Below are positions 60,178 through 64,000 of a stretch of 64,000 nucleotides of DNA, one piece after another. The stretch comes from an uncultured Rhodospirillales bacterium (lineage in GTDB: Bacteria > Pseudomonadota > Alphaproteobacteria > CACIAM-22H2). Numbering within the stretch: the first letter of the stretch is position 1; the number at the start of each line of letters is the position of its first letter. A program made the translations under genes and the position numbers. The notes beneath the pieces were generated by a model, which saw only the letters and a list, made by a program, of their open reading frames with translations, did no database searches and was not told the DNA's origin. The stretch is taken from positions 47,544-111,543 of the forward strand of contig CALANV010000058.1 of assembly GCA_937926175.1 (NCBI GenBank), read 5' to 3'.

Positions 60178-61062
60178 ATGACCGGCATTGATGCCAAGTC
60201 GCGGCCGCTTACCGTCGTCCGTCGGATCGATGAATTGCGGGCGCTCGTGCGCGGGTTCCGCGCCGCCGGCGAAACAGTCGCCCTGGTGCCGACGATGGGC
60301 GCGCTGCATGCGGGCCATCTCGCGCTGGTGCGTGCCGGACAGGCGGAATGCCGCCGCGTCATTGCGACCATCTTCGTCAATCCGACCCAGTTCGGCCCGA
60401 ACGAGGATTTCCACAGCTATCCGCGCGACGAGCCGGGTGACATCGCCAAACTCGAAAGCGTCGGCGCCGATGCGGTCTTCATCCCCGCGGTCGAGGAGAT
60501 GTACCGGCCGGGCGCCAGCACCACCGTGACGGTGGCGGGCCTCACCGAGGATCTGTGCGGCCGTTTTCGTCCCGGTCACTTTGCCGGCGTCGCCACGGTG
60601 GTGACCAAGCTGCTGCTGCAGGCGTTGCCCGACGTGGCGCTGTTCGGCGAGAAGGACTATCAGCAGCTTCTGGTGATCAAACGTCTGGTCCGCGATCTCG
60701 ACATTCCGGTGCGCGTCATCGGCGTCCCGACGGTGCGCGAGGAAGACGGCTTGGCGCTGTCCTCGCGCAACGCGTACCTGTCGCCCGAGCAGCGGCAGAT
60801 CGCGCCTGTACTGCATCGGGTGCTGACGCGGATCGCGCAGCGTCTCGCGCAAGGGGCGGAGGCCGCACCCCTTCTCGCCGACGGGCGAGCCGAACTCGAG
60901 CGCGCCGGCTTCGGACCCGTGCAGTATCTCGAGGCGCGGGATGCCGAGACGCTCGAGCCCATCGCCCACGCGGTGCGGGATGCACGCGTCCTGGCTGCCG
61001 TGTATCTCGGCAAGGTCCGGCTGATCGACAACGTGCCGGTCCCGGCGCATGACGGCGGCTGA
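60178..61062 (+). CDS. panC: pantoate--beta-alanine ligase
   Basis: LVPTMGALHAGHLALV...IFVNPTQF...GEKDYQQ. Confidence 0.95.
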   Translation: MTGIDAKSRPLTVVRRIDELRALVRGFRAAGETVALVPTMGALHAGHLALVRAGQAECRRVIATIFVNPTQFGPNEDFHSYPRDEPGDIAKLESVGADAVFIPAVEEMYRPGASTTVTVAGLTEDLCGRFRPGHFAGVATVVTKLLLQALPDVALFGEKDYQQLLVIKRLVRDLDIPVRVIGVPTVREEDGLALSSRNAYLSPEQRQIAPVLHRVLTRIAQRLAQGAEAAPLLADGRAELERAGFGPVQYLEARDAETLEPIAHAVRDARVLAAVYLGKVRLIDNVPVPAHDGG

Positions 61063-61131
61063 AAGGGCATGCCGGGCGCATCGATGCTCGGCCTTTACAT
61101 CGCGCCATCCATCGCTTAAGTCCCGCGCGCG

Positions 61132-62265
61132 ATGACGTCGGACACTGGCGAGGGCCCTCTCGCCGCCTATCGGGCACGGCTGGCCGCAGGCCGGCTCAGA
61201 CACGATCCCGCTCAGGCGCTTGCCGCAGAGAAGCTCGAGAGCCTCCATCGGGCTCTGAAAGGCTATCGGCCGGGAGCCGAGGCCGGCGGCTGGCGCGCGC
61301 GTCTCGGTCTCGCCCGCCGGCCCGATCCGGCCCCGAACGGCCTCTACATCTTCGGCGGGGTCGGGCGCGGCAAGTCGATGTTGATGGACCTGTTCTTCGC
61401 GACCGCGCCGGTCGAGAAGAAGCGGCGGGTGCATTTCAACGCCTTCATGCTCGAGATTCACGACCGGCTCTACATGGGCCAGAAGGCGTCGGCGCCGCGC
61501 GCGGGCGTGCATCCGCTGATGCCGCTCGCGACCCGCATCGCGGAGGAGGCGTGGCTCCTCTGCTTCGACGAATTTCAGGTCACCAACATCGCCGATGCGA
61601 TGATCCTGGGGCGTCTGCTGGAGGCGCTGTTTGAGCGTGGCGTGGTGATCGTCATCACATCGAACACCGCGCCGGACGATCTCTATGCCGGCGGCCTGCA
61701 GCGGGAACGTTTCCTGCCGACGATCGACCTGATCAAGTCGCGGCTCGACGTGCTGGAGCTCGATGGCGGAATCGACTATCGCCGCGAGCGGGTCAAGGGC
61801 ACGCCGGTCTACTACACGCCGCTCGGGCCCGAGGCGACCGCGGCGCTCGAATCGATGTTCCTCTATCTGACGGACGGCGAGGTCGGATCACCGCGGAAGA
61901 TCCGGGTGCAGGGACGCGAGCTGATCGTGCCACGTGCCGCGCGCGGTGTTGCCATGGCGTCGTTCGCCGATTTGTGCGAGCGGCCCTTGGGCCCCGCCGA
62001 CTTCGTCGCCCTTGCGACGCATTTCGAAGTGCTCATCCTCGACGGCATCCGCGTCATGGGCCCCGACGATCGCAACGCCGCCAAGCGGTTCATCACGCTG
62101 ATCGACGAGCTCTACGAGCATCGCGTCAATCTGATCTGCGCCGCCGAGGCGGCGCCGGAGGCCCTTTACCCGCAAGGGGACCACGCGGTGGAGTTCCGCC
62201 GCACGGTCTCGCGGCTGCACGAGATGCAAAGTGAGGACTATCTCGGCAGTCCGCACCTGACCTGA
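61132..62265 (+). CDS. zapE: cell division protein ZapE (AFG1-like ATPase)
   Basis: GLYIFGGVGRGKSMLMDLFF Walker A, CFDEFQV Walker B. Confidence 0.85.
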   Translation: MTSDTGEGPLAAYRARLAAGRLRHDPAQALAAEKLESLHRALKGYRPGAEAGGWRARLGLARRPDPAPNGLYIFGGVGRGKSMLMDLFFATAPVEKKRRVHFNAFMLEIHDRLYMGQKASAPRAGVHPLMPLATRIAEEAWLLCFDEFQVTNIADAMILGRLLEALFERGVVIVITSNTAPDDLYAGGLQRERFLPTIDLIKSRLDVLELDGGIDYRRERVKGTPVYYTPLGPEATAALESMFLYLTDGEVGSPRKIRVQGRELIVPRAARGVAMASFADLCERPLGPADFVALATHFEVLILDGIRVMGPDDRNAAKRFITLIDELYEHRVNLICAAEAAPEALYPQGDHAVEFRRTVSRLHEMQSEDYLGSPHLT

Positions 62266-62392
62266 CACGCGAATCAGGGCAGGAATTCCGTTCCCGCATG
62301 GAACCCGCGGCCATCCGGCCGCGTGAATTGGGGCGGCGGTACCGTCGGATGTCGACGGGGCCGGCAATCCCGTAACACTTCCGAGAGGACAG

Positions 62393-62644
62393 ATGAATTC
62401 GAGATCGAACCGCCTGACGGTCGTCGGCCTTGCCGTCCTCGTCGGGGCCTGCGCGGCTGGCGGTCACGCCGGGTATACGCAGACGCGTCCGGACGCGACG
62501 CCGTGGCCGGAGGCCCGGGCGCTGTGCTGGCGCGAGTCGATGGGAAGTGGCGGCAGCGGCCAGGACTACACCAACCGGCAATGGGTCGTTTACAACGCCT
62601 GCATGGCCCGAAACGGTTGGGCCGATATGAGAAGCCTGTTCTGA
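62393..62644 (+). CDS. small putative lipoprotein (83 aa)
   Basis: MNSRSNRLTVVGLAVLVGAC signal peptide with a lipobox-like VGAC. Function unknown. Confidence 0.5.
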   Translation: MNSRSNRLTVVGLAVLVGACAAGGHAGYTQTRPDATPWPEARALCWRESMGSGGSGQDYTNRQWVVYNACMARNGWADMRSLF

Positions 62645-62736
62645 CATCCGGGGCGACATTCCGCCCGGCATCGCGCCGTTTTTGCCCCGGGCCCCCGCCG
62701 CGGGCCTGCTCCGATGGTGGGACGGGCCCCGAATGA

Positions 62737-63792
<1,056 letters not shown>

Positions 63793-63966
63793 CGGAACGG
63801 CGGCGCCCCGGCGTTTACGTTCGGTTCGTCGAGGGCGCCGTCAGGTGCGGTTGCAGGCTCGGGTCATAATGCTAAATTACGCGGCACTTCTACGCACGCG
63901 ACATCGGACGACCCGCCCGGGCGGGCCGGGGCGACCGTCCTCTTCTTCCGAGTACCGGGGAGCGTC

Positions 63967-64000
63967 ATGAACATCCATGAGTATCAGGCCAAGTCCCTGC
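63967..64000 (+). CDS. sucC: succinyl-CoA synthetase beta subunit, N-terminal fragment (runs off window)
   Basis: MNIHEYQAKSL... is the canonical SucC N-terminus. SD GGGGAG. Confidence 0.8.
   Translation, partial: MNIHEYQAKSL

Overview
This 64 kb window is a high-GC (about 68-70%), gene-dense stretch that looks like an alphaproteobacterial chromosome. I found no rRNA, tRNA, CRISPR array, transposase or integrase, so it reads as core genome and not a mobile island.

Gene content, left to right:
- 1-1.8 kb: a NitT/TauT-type ABC importer (ATPase truncated at the window edge, plus its substrate-binding protein).
- 2.0-7.9 kb: a compact xanthine-to-allantoin operon, uraD-uraH-xdhA-xdhB-puuD. puuD encodes a membrane cytochrome-c urate hydroxylase. 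No xdhC is present.
- 7.9-12.9 kb: an LLM-family monooxygenase, a MaoC dehydratase, then a general-stress-type cluster (PA2169/DUF2383 protein, a small hydrophilic protein, a DUF883/ElaB-like protein, a holin-like membrane protein) and a HlyC/CorC transporter.
- 13-18.3 kb: asmA, rlmJ, a two-domain cold-shock protein, pgk.
- 19.1-20.7 kb: an ECF sigma / anti-sigma / small secreted protein operon.
- 21.2-23.6 kb: a NUDIX hydrolase, an EamA transporter, kdgK.
- 23.9-24.3 kb: a guanidine-II (mini-ykkC) riboswitch in front of the SMR exporter sugE/gdx.
- 24.8-35.9 kb: ftsY, mtaB, dapF, then ffh-rpsP-rimM-trmD-rplS, then leuC-leuD-leuB.
- 36-40.4 kb: asd, a LysE exporter, pdxY, a BacNaV-like ion channel.
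- 40.5-45.6 kb: a CitE-like CoA-ester lyase and a MaoC double-hotdog hydratase flanking a CUT2-type sugar ABC transporter.
- 46.8-50.4 kb: sdhCDAB.
- 50.4-54.9 kb: two tandem Rnk/GreAB-family genes, a glycerophosphodiester phosphodiesterase, an Asp/Glu-racemase-family gene, and small DUF genes.
- 55.2-59.1 kb: a GntR-controlled operon of a PhyH/EctD-like dioxygenase, a SAF-domain dehydrogenase and an NMO-family flavoenzyme.
- 59.3-64 kb: panBC, zapE, mdh, and the start of sucC.

The items I think most deserve a second look:
- the guanidine-II riboswitch and the adjacent 16-aa poly-lysine micro-ORF with a strong SD and terminator;
- a 1.25 kb ORF-free region upstream of sdhC carrying two copies of a short inverted-repeat element and several perfect palindromes;
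- divergent EcfG-type stress promoters;
- the GntR / dioxygenase / SAF-dehydrogenase / NMO operon with a perfect palindromic operator;
- an ABC ATPase gene that lacks a canonical start codon.

All family assignments rest on motif and domain recognition from the six-frame translations. No database searches were run.
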